Below are positions 28,245 through 37,569 of a DNA stretch of 64,000 nucleotides, in pieces. The stretch is from NCBI GenBank assembly GCA_032249235.1, contig JAVVGF010000002.1:64001-128000 (forward strand), read 5' to 3'. The DNA is from Thermoproteota archaeon (GTDB taxonomy: Archaea > Thermoproteota > Thermoprotei > Gearchaeales > Gearchaeaceae). A model generated the notes under the pieces. That model was not told where the DNA came from, did not search any database, and was given only the letters and a program-made list of their open reading frames with translations. The first letter of the stretch is position 1. The number at the start of each line of letters is the position of its first letter. Position numbers and translations under genes: made by a program.

Positions 28245-29171
28245 ATGAAAATGATGGAAAAACTTCTGCAAGAATTACAAACATTGGATTTAAACCGATT
28301 CAATGAATTGCTTCAAGAAGTTTCTAATCAATTGGAAAAAGAAAGACTTTTGAAGAAACTTGATGGGCTATTTGTTAATGAAGATTTAGTATATTGTACA
28401 TCTTCATCTATCGAACGCTGTATAATCATCGGTGATATTCATGGAGATTTGGATACCTTATTGGAAATTGCTGAAAGGATTGACATTGAAAAAATTAAAG
28501 AACAAAAAGCTGTTGTTGTCTTTTTGGGAGATTATGGAGATAGAGGCGAAAAATCGCTCGAAGTTTACTATCTTTTATTCAAATTGAAAACAATACTTAA
28601 AGAGAAAATCGTTTTACTAAGGGGTAATCATGAAGGGCCCGATGATCTGCTTGCACAACCACATGATTTACCTTTATTCTTCATAGAAAGATATGGGCAA
28701 GAAGGTTATACTTTTTACTTAAGAATAAAAAAGTTATTCGAGAAATTCTATTTGGCTTTCGTAGTATTAAACAAGCTAATTGCTTTACATGGTGGAATTC
28801 CTAGCAATGCTTTATCATTAGAGGATATAGCAATCGCAAGAAAAATTCATCCGAAAAAGAGGCTTCTAGAAGAAATACTTTGGAATGATCCGATGGATGA
28901 ATATGGTATAAGAGAATCATATAGAGGAGCAGGAAAATTATTCGGTCCAGATATAACAGAAAACTTTCTTAAAAGAAACAATCTACTAGTTGTTATAAGA
29001 GGTCATGAACCCGCTAGATTTGGATACTTCTTGTCACATAATGGAAAGGTTGTTACTGTTTTTTCCAGAAAAGGCGCACCTTATTTCAACGAGAAAGCAG
29101 CATATCTTGATATAAATTTAAATAAATTAGATTCCCACGAAGATATAAGCAAATTTATAATAAATATTTAA
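28245..29171 (+). CDS. PPP-family Ser/Thr protein phosphatase (PP1/PP2A-like)
   Basis: GDIHG, GDYGDRG, LRGNHE, HGG, LWNDP, RGAG..FG, RGHE, TVFS. Confidence 0.92.
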   Translation: MKMMEKLLQELQTLDLNRFNELLQEVSNQLEKERLLKKLDGLFVNEDLVYCTSSSIERCIIIGDIHGDLDTLLEIAERIDIEKIKEQKAVVVFLGDYGDRGEKSLEVYYLLFKLKTILKEKIVLLRGNHEGPDDLLAQPHDLPLFFIERYGQEGYTFYLRIKKLFEKFYLAFVVLNKLIALHGGIPSNALSLEDIAIARKIHPKKRLLEEILWNDPMDEYGIRESYRGAGKLFGPDITENFLKRNNLLVVIRGHEPARFGYFLSHNGKVVTVFSRKGAPYFNEKAAYLDINLNKLDSHEDISKFIINI

Positions 29172-30033
29172 AAGAATCCCTAGCAAATTTATATAAAAAA
29201 AGTTGAGCATATCCTCCATAATTTTTAAATATTTCATTAAGTACATCTCTAATTTTATAGTAATTCTTTTTGAGCTTTTCAAGAGATATGTAGTTGAAAT
29301 AATCCTTATAAAAGAGAACTAGTATCTTTGTGATCCATGTATCAATTGGTATACTTTCAAATCTAGAATAACTATATAATGATACACAGCTAGCCGTCTT
29401 TATTCCTACACCCTTTATTTTCATCAAACTTTTTTCCAAATCTATAGTAGGCATTTTACTTAGTTCTTCTAATTCCTCATCGTTTTCAAATTTTTTTGAA
29501 AATGATATAATATAGCTGGATCTGAAGCCATATCCAATTTTTCTTAATTGCTTTTCATTTATTTTTTTCAATTCAGCAAAATTAGGATAATCGTATATCA
29601 GAAAATCTCCCAATTTTAGTTTCCTCTTTGAGAATTTAGAAAGTTTTTCAAGCATTTGATTAGCTCGCTTTATATTATTAAAACTGACACTGAGATAGGA
29701 AACTAAGCATTCTCTTTTATTTTGCTTCAATACCCTCAATCCTTTATATTTATGATAAAGATCGTTAACAAGCGGATCTTCACAGATTGCATTTTTAATT
29801 TCTTCATAATTATGATCTAATCCTAGAAATTCTTTTAATTTGGTTTCATCGATATTTCCTTCTATTTTATAATTAAGAAGATTTCCTTCATACTTCAACG
29901 CAACGATGCTACCATAACACACTCCTATCCAATATGAACTATACTTTTTCCATCTAAAGATTTGACCTGATGAGAAAGTATGATCTAAATTAAATTCATC
30001 CTTTTCTATTTTAATGAAGCCTTTTATCATCAA
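29155..30033 (-). CDS. 8-oxoguanine DNA glycosylase, OGG1 type (HhH-GPD)
   Basis: N-terminal L..TF.SGQ.FRW, GLRVLKQ, NNIKR, GYGFRS, HhH GVGIKTA.C (Lys), PIDTW (Asp), GYAQ.FLY. Confidence 0.88.
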   Translation of the reverse strand: MMIKGFIKIEKDEFNLDHTFSSGQIFRWKKYSSYWIGVCYGSIVALKYEGNLLNYKIEGNIDETKLKEFLGLDHNYEEIKNAICEDPLVNDLYHKYKGLRVLKQNKRECLVSYLSVSFNNIKRANQMLEKLSKFSKRKLKLGDFLIYDYPNFAELKKINEKQLRKIGYGFRSSYIISFSKKFENDEELEELSKMPTIDLEKSLMKIKGVGIKTASCVSLYSYSRFESIPIDTWITKILVLFYKDYFNYISLEKLKKNYYKIRDVLNEIFKNYGGYAQLFLYKFARDSFKYLL

Positions 30034-30075
30034 ACTTTTTTAGTTGTTTGTGATAATATAATAATTGTAATTTAA

Positions 30076-30948
30076 ATGGGGCAACGTAGCCAACTTATTT
30101 ATATAAGAACGTTACTTATTGTTTCAATCATTGCTTACTTGAGCATGGCAATTATAGGCATTTATATTTCTCTAAGAACAAGTAGCAGTGCACTCTTAGC
30201 AGATTCGTTGGATTCTTTAATTAATATGCTAATTACCCTCATTGTTTTCATAGGTGTATTATATGCGGATAGACTTTCTGAAGAAAATGCCAATTTGAAT
30301 TATTTCAAAATTGAAGTCTTGAGCGCATTTACAGTCGCTATTATCGCTATCCTTTTAGCTGGCTACATAGTTTATACTTCAATAAATAGATTTCACGTAG
30401 GATATATTATTAAGGAAGGTGAAATTGGTGTTTTGAGTGCTATTAGCTTCGGAATAATTTCATTAATAATTACTGTAAAGAAGTACGAATATGCTAAAAA
30501 ATATGGCTTGCTTTCTTTAAAAATAGATTCAACGAATTCAATAAAAGATACAATAGGATCATTCTTTGCAGCTTTAGGTATATATCTTTCAACACTTACT
30601 TTTACTATATTCGATACTATTTTTGCTGTCATAATAGCTGCATTTCTGGCTACAGCTAGTATACCTGTGATAAGGGAAAGCACATTAATATTGATAGATG
30701 TATATAATAATCCTCAACTCAAACAAAAAATTATAGAACTTGCTAAAGGCTTTCCACATATTACAAGGATTTTATCAGTAAACTTTAGAAGAATGGGGTA
30801 CAAAATAGCAGTAGAAATAGAATTGGAAGTAGATGGCGATATTCCAGTAGAAGACTTGCATGAAATATCAAAGAATTATGAAGAAAAGATTAAAAGTAGA
30901 TTTCCTAATATAGCGAAAGTATTAATAGCGGTTAAGGCTGTAAGCTAA
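30076..30948 (+). CDS. Cation diffusion facilitator family transporter
   Basis: S.ALLADS, K.E, six TMs, cytoplasmic dimerisation domain (RRMG...VEIELEVD..I.V.DLH.I). Confidence 0.88.
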   Translation: MGQRSQLIYIRTLLIVSIIAYLSMAIIGIYISLRTSSSALLADSLDSLINMLITLIVFIGVLYADRLSEENANLNYFKIEVLSAFTVAIIAILLAGYIVYTSINRFHVGYIIKEGEIGVLSAISFGIISLIITVKKYEYAKKYGLLSLKIDSTNSIKDTIGSFFAALGIYLSTLTFTIFDTIFAVIIAAFLATASIPVIRESTLILIDVYNNPQLKQKIIELAKGFPHITRILSVNFRRMGYKIAVEIELEVDGDIPVEDLHEISKNYEEKIKSRFPNIAKVLIAVKAVS

Positions 30949-30951
30949 TTG

Positions 30952-31353
30952 ATGCCTTTTGAAATTGAATTTCCAGTAGACTGGGTTGATACGGATGCTT
31001 TAGGTATTGTTCATTTCACAAATTATTTCAGATATTTCGAAAGAGCGGAAACCGAATTCTTAAGAAAAGCTGGATTAGATTACAATGAGATTTTTAAAAG
31101 AGGATTTGCAATACCAAGGGTCGAAGCAAAATGTAAATATTACAAACCGTTAAGGTTTGGCGATATAGTCAAAGTTCAGCTCAAAATAGGAGAAATAGGC
31201 GAAAAGCATTTCAAGTATGAATTCCAAATCTTCAATAACAATAAAGAATTAGTTGCTGAAGGATATGTTGTCGTTGTATGCATAGATAAAACTAGCTTTA
31301 AATCAACTAAGTTACCAGAATCTTTTGTTGAAAAACTAAAGACCCTCCTGTAA
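30952..31353 (+). CDS. Acyl-CoA thioesterase (YbgC/4HBT hot-dog fold)
   Basis: DTDALGIVHFTNYFRYFERA, Y.KPLRFGD. Confidence 0.92.
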   Translation: MPFEIEFPVDWVDTDALGIVHFTNYFRYFERAETEFLRKAGLDYNEIFKRGFAIPRVEAKCKYYKPLRFGDIVKVQLKIGEIGEKHFKYEFQIFNNNKELVAEGYVVVVCIDKTSFKSTKLPESFVEKLKTLL

Positions 31354-31385
31354 CACTTAAAAGTTTTTAAGAAGTCATTATTCTT

Positions 31386-34055
31386 ATGGTTGAAAAATTT
31401 GTTTATACTTTTGAGGAAGCCGATCATAGAAATAAAAAACTCTTTGGAGGTAAAGGAGCAAGTTTAATTTTAATGACTAAATTGGGGTTTGATGTACCTG
31501 CAGGAATTATAATTCCTACCACTGTATGTAAAGAGTATTATAAAAACGGAAGAAAGCTGCCAGATAACTTAATGAAAGAAGTAATTGAGGGGATGAAATA
31601 CATAGAAAATAAAATGGGTAAGAAGTTCGGAGACCCAAGCAATCCATTATTAGTTTCAGTAAGATCAGGTGCAGCTATATCGATGCCAGGAATGATGGAT
31701 ACAGTTCTAAATTTAGGTATGAATGATGAAATCGCTGAATCGTTAGCTAGATTGTACTCTGAGAGGTTTGCTTATGATGCATATAGGAGATTCCTAAGCA
31801 TGTTCGGAAAAATAGTACTAAAAGTGGATGAAAAATTGTTTTCTGAAAAATTAGAAGAGTACAAAAATAGATTTGGAGTAAAATATGATAGTGAACTGCC
31901 AGCAGAAGCCCTGAAACTTCTTTGCGAAGAATACAAAGAAATAATTATTAGAGAAGTTTCTAAGAATTTAAATCTAAGCACTGAGGAAATCAAAGAAATC
32001 CTTAAAAATCCTTGGAAGCAACTTGAGTATGCTATAGCTGCAGTTTTTGATTCTTGGGAATCTCCAAGAGCAAGATACTACAGACAGGTTAATAATATAA
32101 CGCCAGATATCGCTGATGGTACGGCAGTTAATATCGTAGCTATGGTATTCGGAAATATTAATGAAAAATCAGCCACAGGAGTATTGTTCACTAGAAACCC
32201 ATCGAATGGAGAAAACGAGCTATATGGAGAATTTCTAACACTCGCACAAGGAGAAGATGTTGTTGCTGGTATTAGAACACCTAGGCCTATAAAGGAATTG
32301 AAAGATATGATGCCAGAAGTTTATGAAAGGCTATACAAATTTGCCAAAGAACTTGAAAGACATGAAAAAGAAGTACAAGATATAGAATTCACGATAGAAG
32401 ATGGTAAGCTCTACATGCTCCAAGCCAGGAATGCGAAGATGAACAGTATTGCATTAATTAAAACAGGAGTTGACATGTTCAAAGAAGGAATTATTACGAA
32501 AGAAGAGATGATCATGCGCGTTAAACCAAAGGATATTTTGCAATTACTGTATCCAAGAATAGATAAAGAGAAGATAAAGGATAAGCCCATTGCTAAAGGT
32601 CTACCATCTTCGCCTGGTGCAGTTAGCGGTAAGGTTGTTTTTAATGCTGATGATGCAGTAGAATGGTCTAGAAGAGGTGAAAAAGTAATATTAGTAAGAG
32701 AAGAAACGAAGCCTGATGACGTGCATGGTTTCTATGCAGCTGTAGGTATATTAACTGCGAAAGGAGGCATGACTAGCCATGCAGCAGTCGTTGCTAGATC
32801 AATAGGAAAACCATGTGTAGTTGGAGCTGAAGACATCAAGATCGATTATGAAAAGAAAGTTTTCAGAGTAAAAGATATTATAGTTAAAGAAGGCGATATA
32901 ATAACCATCGATGGTTTAGAAGGAGAAGTTTATTTAGGTGAACAACCAAAAATCTATTTCAAACCGATTAAAGAATTCGAGGAATTCATGAAATATGTTG
33001 ATGAAGTAAGGAAACTAGGAGTAAGAGCTAATGCAGATACTCCTGAGGAAGCAAAAATAGCAAGAGAATTCGGAGCTGAAGGAATTGGACTTTTGAGAAC
33101 AGAAAGAATGTTCAGAGCTCCTAGAAGGCTCGAAATATTTAGGAATGTCATTATAGCTGAAAATAAAGAAGTAAGAGAAGAAGCTTTAAAGAAATTGCTT
33201 CCTTTATTGAAAGAAGACTTTAAGGAAATTTTAAGAATCATGTCTCCATATCCAGTAACAATAAGGTTATTCGATCCTCCTTTACATGAGTTCTTGCCTA
33301 AACCAGAAGAAATCTTAGAGAAAATTTATACTAGCATGAATGAAGGGGAAAGAAAAGAATGGGAAAAATTATATAAAATCGTGAGAAAGCTTCAAGAAGC
33401 CAATCCAATGATGGGTCATCGCGGTGTAAGATTAGGTATTACGAATCCTGAAATATATGAAACACAAGCTAAGGCTATATTCTTAGCTTCTGCGGAATTA
33501 ATTGAAGAAAAGATACCTGTAAACCTTGAGATAATGATACCGCAAGTCTCTGAATATAGAGAATTGCTGAAAATAAAGAAGGACGTAATTGAAAAGGTAC
33601 ATGAAGAAGTCAAAAAAGAAAAAGGAGTCGATGTGCCATATAAATTCGGAACTATGATAGAAGTCGTGAGAGCTTGTCTTGTAGCAGATGAATTGGCAGG
33701 AATTTGTGATTTCTTCAGTTTCGGTACAAACGACTTGACACAAGCAACTTTCAGCTTCAGTAGAGATGATGCTGAAAATAAATTCCTTCCTTATTATCTT
33801 GAAAATAAAATACTTGAAGTGAACCCATTTGAAAAACTAGACGTAAAAGGAGTAGGAGCTTTAATTGAGATCGCTGTTGAAAAAGGAAGAAAGGTAAATA
33901 AAAATTTAAAAATAGGAATTTGTGGTGAGCATGGAGGCGATCCTGATAGTATTATGTTCTTACATAAAGCAGGCTTAGATTACGTGAGTGCATCTCCTTA
34001 TAGAATTTTAATAGCAAGACTAGCTGCTGCCCAAGCTAGCATATTATCAAAGTGA
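31386..34055 (+). CDS. ppdK: Pyruvate, phosphate dikinase
   Basis: GGKGA, LLVSVRSGA..SMPGMMDT, QGEDVVAG, GGMTSHAAVVAR (phospho-His), FGTNDLTQ, ICGEHGG. Confidence 0.97.
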   Translation: MVEKFVYTFEEADHRNKKLFGGKGASLILMTKLGFDVPAGIIIPTTVCKEYYKNGRKLPDNLMKEVIEGMKYIENKMGKKFGDPSNPLLVSVRSGAAISMPGMMDTVLNLGMNDEIAESLARLYSERFAYDAYRRFLSMFGKIVLKVDEKLFSEKLEEYKNRFGVKYDSELPAEALKLLCEEYKEIIIREVSKNLNLSTEEIKEILKNPWKQLEYAIAAVFDSWESPRARYYRQVNNITPDIADGTAVNIVAMVFGNINEKSATGVLFTRNPSNGENELYGEFLTLAQGEDVVAGIRTPRPIKELKDMMPEVYERLYKFAKELERHEKEVQDIEFTIEDGKLYMLQARNAKMNSIALIKTGVDMFKEGIITKEEMIMRVKPKDILQLLYPRIDKEKIKDKPIAKGLPSSPGAVSGKVVFNADDAVEWSRRGEKVILVREETKPDDVHGFYAAVGILTAKGGMTSHAAVVARSIGKPCVVGAEDIKIDYEKKVFRVKDIIVKEGDIITIDGLEGEVYLGEQPKIYFKPIKEFEEFMKYVDEVRKLGVRANADTPEEAKIAREFGAEGIGLLRTERMFRAPRRLEIFRNVIIAENKEVREEALKKLLPLLKEDFKEILRIMSPYPVTIRLFDPPLHEFLPKPEEILEKIYTSMNEGERKEWEKLYKIVRKLQEANPMMGHRGVRLGITNPEIYETQAKAIFLASAELIEEKIPVNLEIMIPQVSEYRELLKIKKDVIEKVHEEVKKEKGVDVPYKFGTMIEVVRACLVADELAGICDFFSFGTNDLTQATFSFSRDDAENKFLPYYLENKILEVNPFEKLDVKGVGALIEIAVEKGRKVNKNLKIGICGEHGGDPDSIMFLHKAGLDYVSASPYRILIARLAAAQASILSK

Positions 34056-35710
34056 ATGGTAGACTCTTCGTAGAATTAGCTGAAGTATGTGAGAAAATCA
34101 AAGAAACAACAAGTAAACTTGAAAAAATTAGTAAACTAGGAAATTTTTTGAAAAATTTAAACGACGAAGAACTGTCAGCTACAATAAGACTTTTAAATTC
34201 AGAAATATTACCGCCTTGGTATAACAAAGAAATACAAGTAGGATACTCGACTTTATCTTCTATAATTCTTGAAATCTCTGGTTCAAGCAAAGAAGAATTC
34301 TTCAAAGTATATATCAAACATGGGGATCTTGGAGAAACCGCAGAAGAATTATTAAAGAAAGGAAAAGCTCTCAATCCTTTAATTCAAGAGAAGTTAACGA
34401 TTCTGAAGGTTTACAAGACATTATTAAAAACTTCAGAATATTCAGGAGAAGGTTCTTACCAAAGCAAAAAGAACTCTCTTCTTAATCTATTTATTAATGC
34501 TTCTCCGATTGAAGCAAAATATTTGGTTAAAATAATAACAGGAGAACTAAGGATTGGTTTATCAGAGGGCTTATTAGAGGAATCCCTAGCATATGCTCTG
34601 GGAATTCCTCTCAGTAATCTAAGAGAAAAGGTCCTAATACTTCCTGACTTAGCTGAAGTCGCAATAAAAATAAGAAATGGAAAATATGAAGAAATAGATT
34701 TGGAGCTCTTGAGACCAACAAGTTTTATGCTTGCTGAGCCGATGTCTTCACCAGAAGAAATAGCGAATTACTTCAATAAGGAATTGATCGCAGAATATAA
34801 GTATGACGGAATAAGAGCACAAATTCATAAAAAAGGTAATAATATACGGATATTTTCGAGAAGATTAGATGAGATCAGCTTTTACCTTCCAGAAATTGTA
34901 GATTCCATATCAAGAATAAAAGGCGATTTCATTCTCGATTCAGAAATAATATCAATTAAGAACAACAAAGTTGTGCCATTTAATATCTTACAGAGAAGAT
35001 TAAGAAGAAAAAATATTGATAAGAAATTGATAGAAGAAATTCCTTTAAGAGCAATTGTATATGATATTCTCTTTTATAATGGTAAACAAGTATACAAATT
35101 GCCCTTAAGAGAAAGAAAAGAATTATTGAAAGATATTGATTTGCAAGATAAAATAGAAATAGGCTTTTTCAAATTGGTAAGGAATTCTGCTGAAATTTCT
35201 AAATTATTTGAAGAAAGTCTGAATAAAGGCTTTGAAGGTCTAATGATCAAAGATCCTGATTCTCCTTACACACCTGGAAAGCGTGGTAAAGCATGGGTTA
35301 AATTAAAAAAAGAATTCGATACATTAGATGTTGTAATCGTAGCAGCTGAATATGGTCACGGTAAAAGAGCAGGTATACTTTCTGATTATACATTTGCTGT
35401 AAAAGATAATGATGAACTAAAAATTATAGGTAAAGCCTATTCTGGCTTGACAGATGAAGAAATGGAAATTCTCGATAGGAAATTAAGAGAAATAACAATA
35501 GAAGACTTAGGTTATAAGATAATTGTCAGGCCTGAAATAGTATTGGAGGTAGCTTTTGATTCAATTCAGGTAAGTGACAGACATGATAGCGGTTTTGCTC
35601 TCAGATTTCCTAGAATAAAGAGAATAAGATGGGATAAATCTCCTAATGAAATAGATTCGATTGAAAAAGTTAAAGAAATATATGAGAGGAAGAAAGCTAT
35701 TTTTGCATAG
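34052..35710 (+). CDS. lig: ATP-dependent DNA ligase
   Basis: EYKYDGIR, ILDSE, EGLMIK, WVKLK, ALRFPR...RWDK. Confidence 0.96.
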   Translation: MNGRLFVELAEVCEKIKETTSKLEKISKLGNFLKNLNDEELSATIRLLNSEILPPWYNKEIQVGYSTLSSIILEISGSSKEEFFKVYIKHGDLGETAEELLKKGKALNPLIQEKLTILKVYKTLLKTSEYSGEGSYQSKKNSLLNLFINASPIEAKYLVKIITGELRIGLSEGLLEESLAYALGIPLSNLREKVLILPDLAEVAIKIRNGKYEEIDLELLRPTSFMLAEPMSSPEEIANYFNKELIAEYKYDGIRAQIHKKGNNIRIFSRRLDEISFYLPEIVDSISRIKGDFILDSEIISIKNNKVVPFNILQRRLRRKNIDKKLIEEIPLRAIVYDILFYNGKQVYKLPLRERKELLKDIDLQDKIEIGFFKLVRNSAEISKLFEESLNKGFEGLMIKDPDSPYTPGKRGKAWVKLKKEFDTLDVVIVAAEYGHGKRAGILSDYTFAVKDNDELKIIGKAYSGLTDEEMEILDRKLREITIEDLGYKIIVRPEIVLEVAFDSIQVSDRHDSGFALRFPRIKRIRWDKSPNEIDSIEKVKEIYERKKAIFA

Positions 35711-36308
35711 ATTTCATAATTAGCTCTTCTTCGTCTTTTTCAATTTCCATTTTAAGATATTCAACTAGCTTATCATAAATTAAGGGTTTACCGTTAACTA
35801 AAGGATAAGCAAAAGGTAAAATTATTTCATGGAAAGGATCGACCTGAATAGATACTTTTTTAACATAAGGTATCTCCTCCAATTTTTTACCCTCGGCTAT
35901 CATCTTTGCAACAAATATTGCTCCATCTATAGAAAATTGATGTTTACCAATATTTCTTGCTCTGACGTTCTTCAATTTAGATGTTATGTATTTAAAAGTT
36001 CTACCTCTAGGTGGAAAGTCACCCATTATGCCTCCTATTACAAGAATAGCTTCTTTTGCCTCATCAGGCTTTAGTACTTCTTTCGCTTTTGGATCTAGAA
36101 TGATTATTTTGTCATGCAATTCCTTTAGATCTATAATGCTATCTCTTAATACCTTCCCATATTTTTTTAAAACTCGCATGTGACTTTTATAGCGCACATT
36201 TGTAAGCACTAAGTTTTCTTTACCCACAATAAGTGAAGAATGCTCAATCTCTAATTGTAACCACTTGCTTATTCTCTTTTCTCTCAACTCAATGATGAAT
36301 TTCATCAA
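35697..36308 (-). CDS. SPOUT methyltransferase, Sfm1/DUF431 (COG2428)-like
   Basis: W..LE..H, LDP.A...L.P, IGGIMGDFPPRGRT, RNIG..QFSIDGA, LPFAYP. Confidence 0.85.
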   Translation of the reverse strand: MMKFIIELREKRISKWLQLEIEHSSLIVGKENLVLTNVRYKSHMRVLKKYGKVLRDSIIDLKELHDKIIILDPKAKEVLKPDEAKEAILVIGGIMGDFPPRGRTFKYITSKLKNVRARNIGKHQFSIDGAIFVAKMIAEGKKLEEIPYVKKVSIQVDPFHEIILPFAYPLVNGKPLIYDKLVEYLKMEIEKDEEELIMKSMQK

Positions 36309-36444
36309 ATTAAATAAAGGGAATAATATAAATAGATGAAATGGAAAGCTACTCTTACTTCGTGAAAAAATATCATAGGCTTATTATAGATTATGGCTTT
36401 CGATAACCTTAATAGCTAAAAAATGGAATTGGTGACCTTCTAAG

Positions 36445-36780
36445 TTAAGCAGATGATTTCAACTCTCTATAAAAGTTACTTAATATAAAATCATTCCATC
36501 TTTTAATAGTGAAATCGACACCTCTTGGATCCCCTGTGAGGATATGTTTTATAGTTCCATCTTTAAATTGTAGAAATACTTGTGGTATTAAATAATCAGC
36601 AGACCAGTCTCCGAACTTCTTAACAATTTCATCTGCTAGTTTCTCATCCTCCTTCTTATCTATATCTAAGTAAAGAATTTCTGCGTTCAATTCTTTAGCT
36701 ATTAAATTTACATATTTTTCAGAAACTTTGCAATGAGGACACCAATTAGCTTTTACAAAAATTACTTTTTGAACTTTCAT
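36445..36780 (-). CDS. Thioredoxin-fold protein
   Basis: WCPHC active site; IPQ cis-Pro motif. Confidence 0.85.
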   Translation of the reverse strand: MKVQKVIFVKANWCPHCKVSEKYVNLIAKELNAEILYLDIDKKEDEKLADEIVKKFGDWSADYLIPQVFLQFKDGTIKHILTGDPRGVDFTIKRWNDFILSNFYRELKSSA

Positions 36781-36798
36781 AGCCTTGCATAAATCAAC

Positions 36799-37392
36799 TC
36801 AGATAAAAATTTTTGGTATGATTATTAAGCCTTCTTCTTCATTACCTACACTATAACAGTCTCCTTTTAAATACAACACTGCTGTATAGGCACAAGTAAT
36901 GGCATCTAATTCGTCTCCGCTCATATTTTCTTCTATACCTTTTATCCCTAACTCTTTCAAACCTTTAGCTAATGCTTTGATGTTCTGATGCTTTCTAGGT
37001 ATACCAAGCAAATCTTGAGTGGCTCCAGGTAAAACTTCTATTACCTCGAAACCTTTTTCTTCAAATATTCTCCTCAACTTAATTCCTCTATTCGTTAATT
37101 TTCTCATAGGTCCTAAAGAAGCTGGAAATAGCTTGATTCCCATTCTGAGCAAAGCTTTATCACATTCCCTGAGATGAATATGTGCAGGCTCTTCTAAAGA
37201 TTTTCTACCTAAAGGTAAAGAAAGAGGAGCGTCGATAGCGATTACTACAGGATTCTCTTTCATCATATAAGAAATGATTTCTTCATCCTTCCTAAGCAAT
37301 AATGTTCTAGAATTAAGAGACTCGTCCATAATACAGACTCCACTATATCTTTTTTCGCTTCCTGCAAGATCTATTCCTGCTACTTTTTTCAT
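36799..37392 (-). CDS. DUF429 predicted nuclease (RNase H fold)
   Basis: GIDLAG, IAIDAPLSLP, RECD, IEV.P, DELDA. Confidence 0.88.
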   Translation of the reverse strand: MKKVAGIDLAGSEKRYSGVCIMDESLNSRTLLLRKDEEIISYMMKENPVVIAIDAPLSLPLGRKSLEEPAHIHLRECDKALLRMGIKLFPASLGPMRKLTNRGIKLRRIFEEKGFEVIEVLPGATQDLLGIPRKHQNIKALAKGLKELGIKGIEENMSGDELDAITCAYTAVLYLKGDCYSVGNEEEGLIIIPKIFI

Positions 37393-37569
37393 GATTATTT
37401 AACCGCTTATAACGTTATATTCTTTATTTAAATTAAATTATATTTAGATGATAAATATAATAATGAATGTGAAGCTTAGTTTATTATATGCTAGTTATAT
37501 TTTTAAACTTATAAGGGGGCATAAAAAATATATACCCGCAATCATGAAATAGAAATCTAAACCATTGCC

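Noticed and set aside
36309-36444. 136-bp gap with a 21-codon ORF and possible sRNA
   Set aside because: No recognisable motif, no C/D boxes or stable stem; too short to support.
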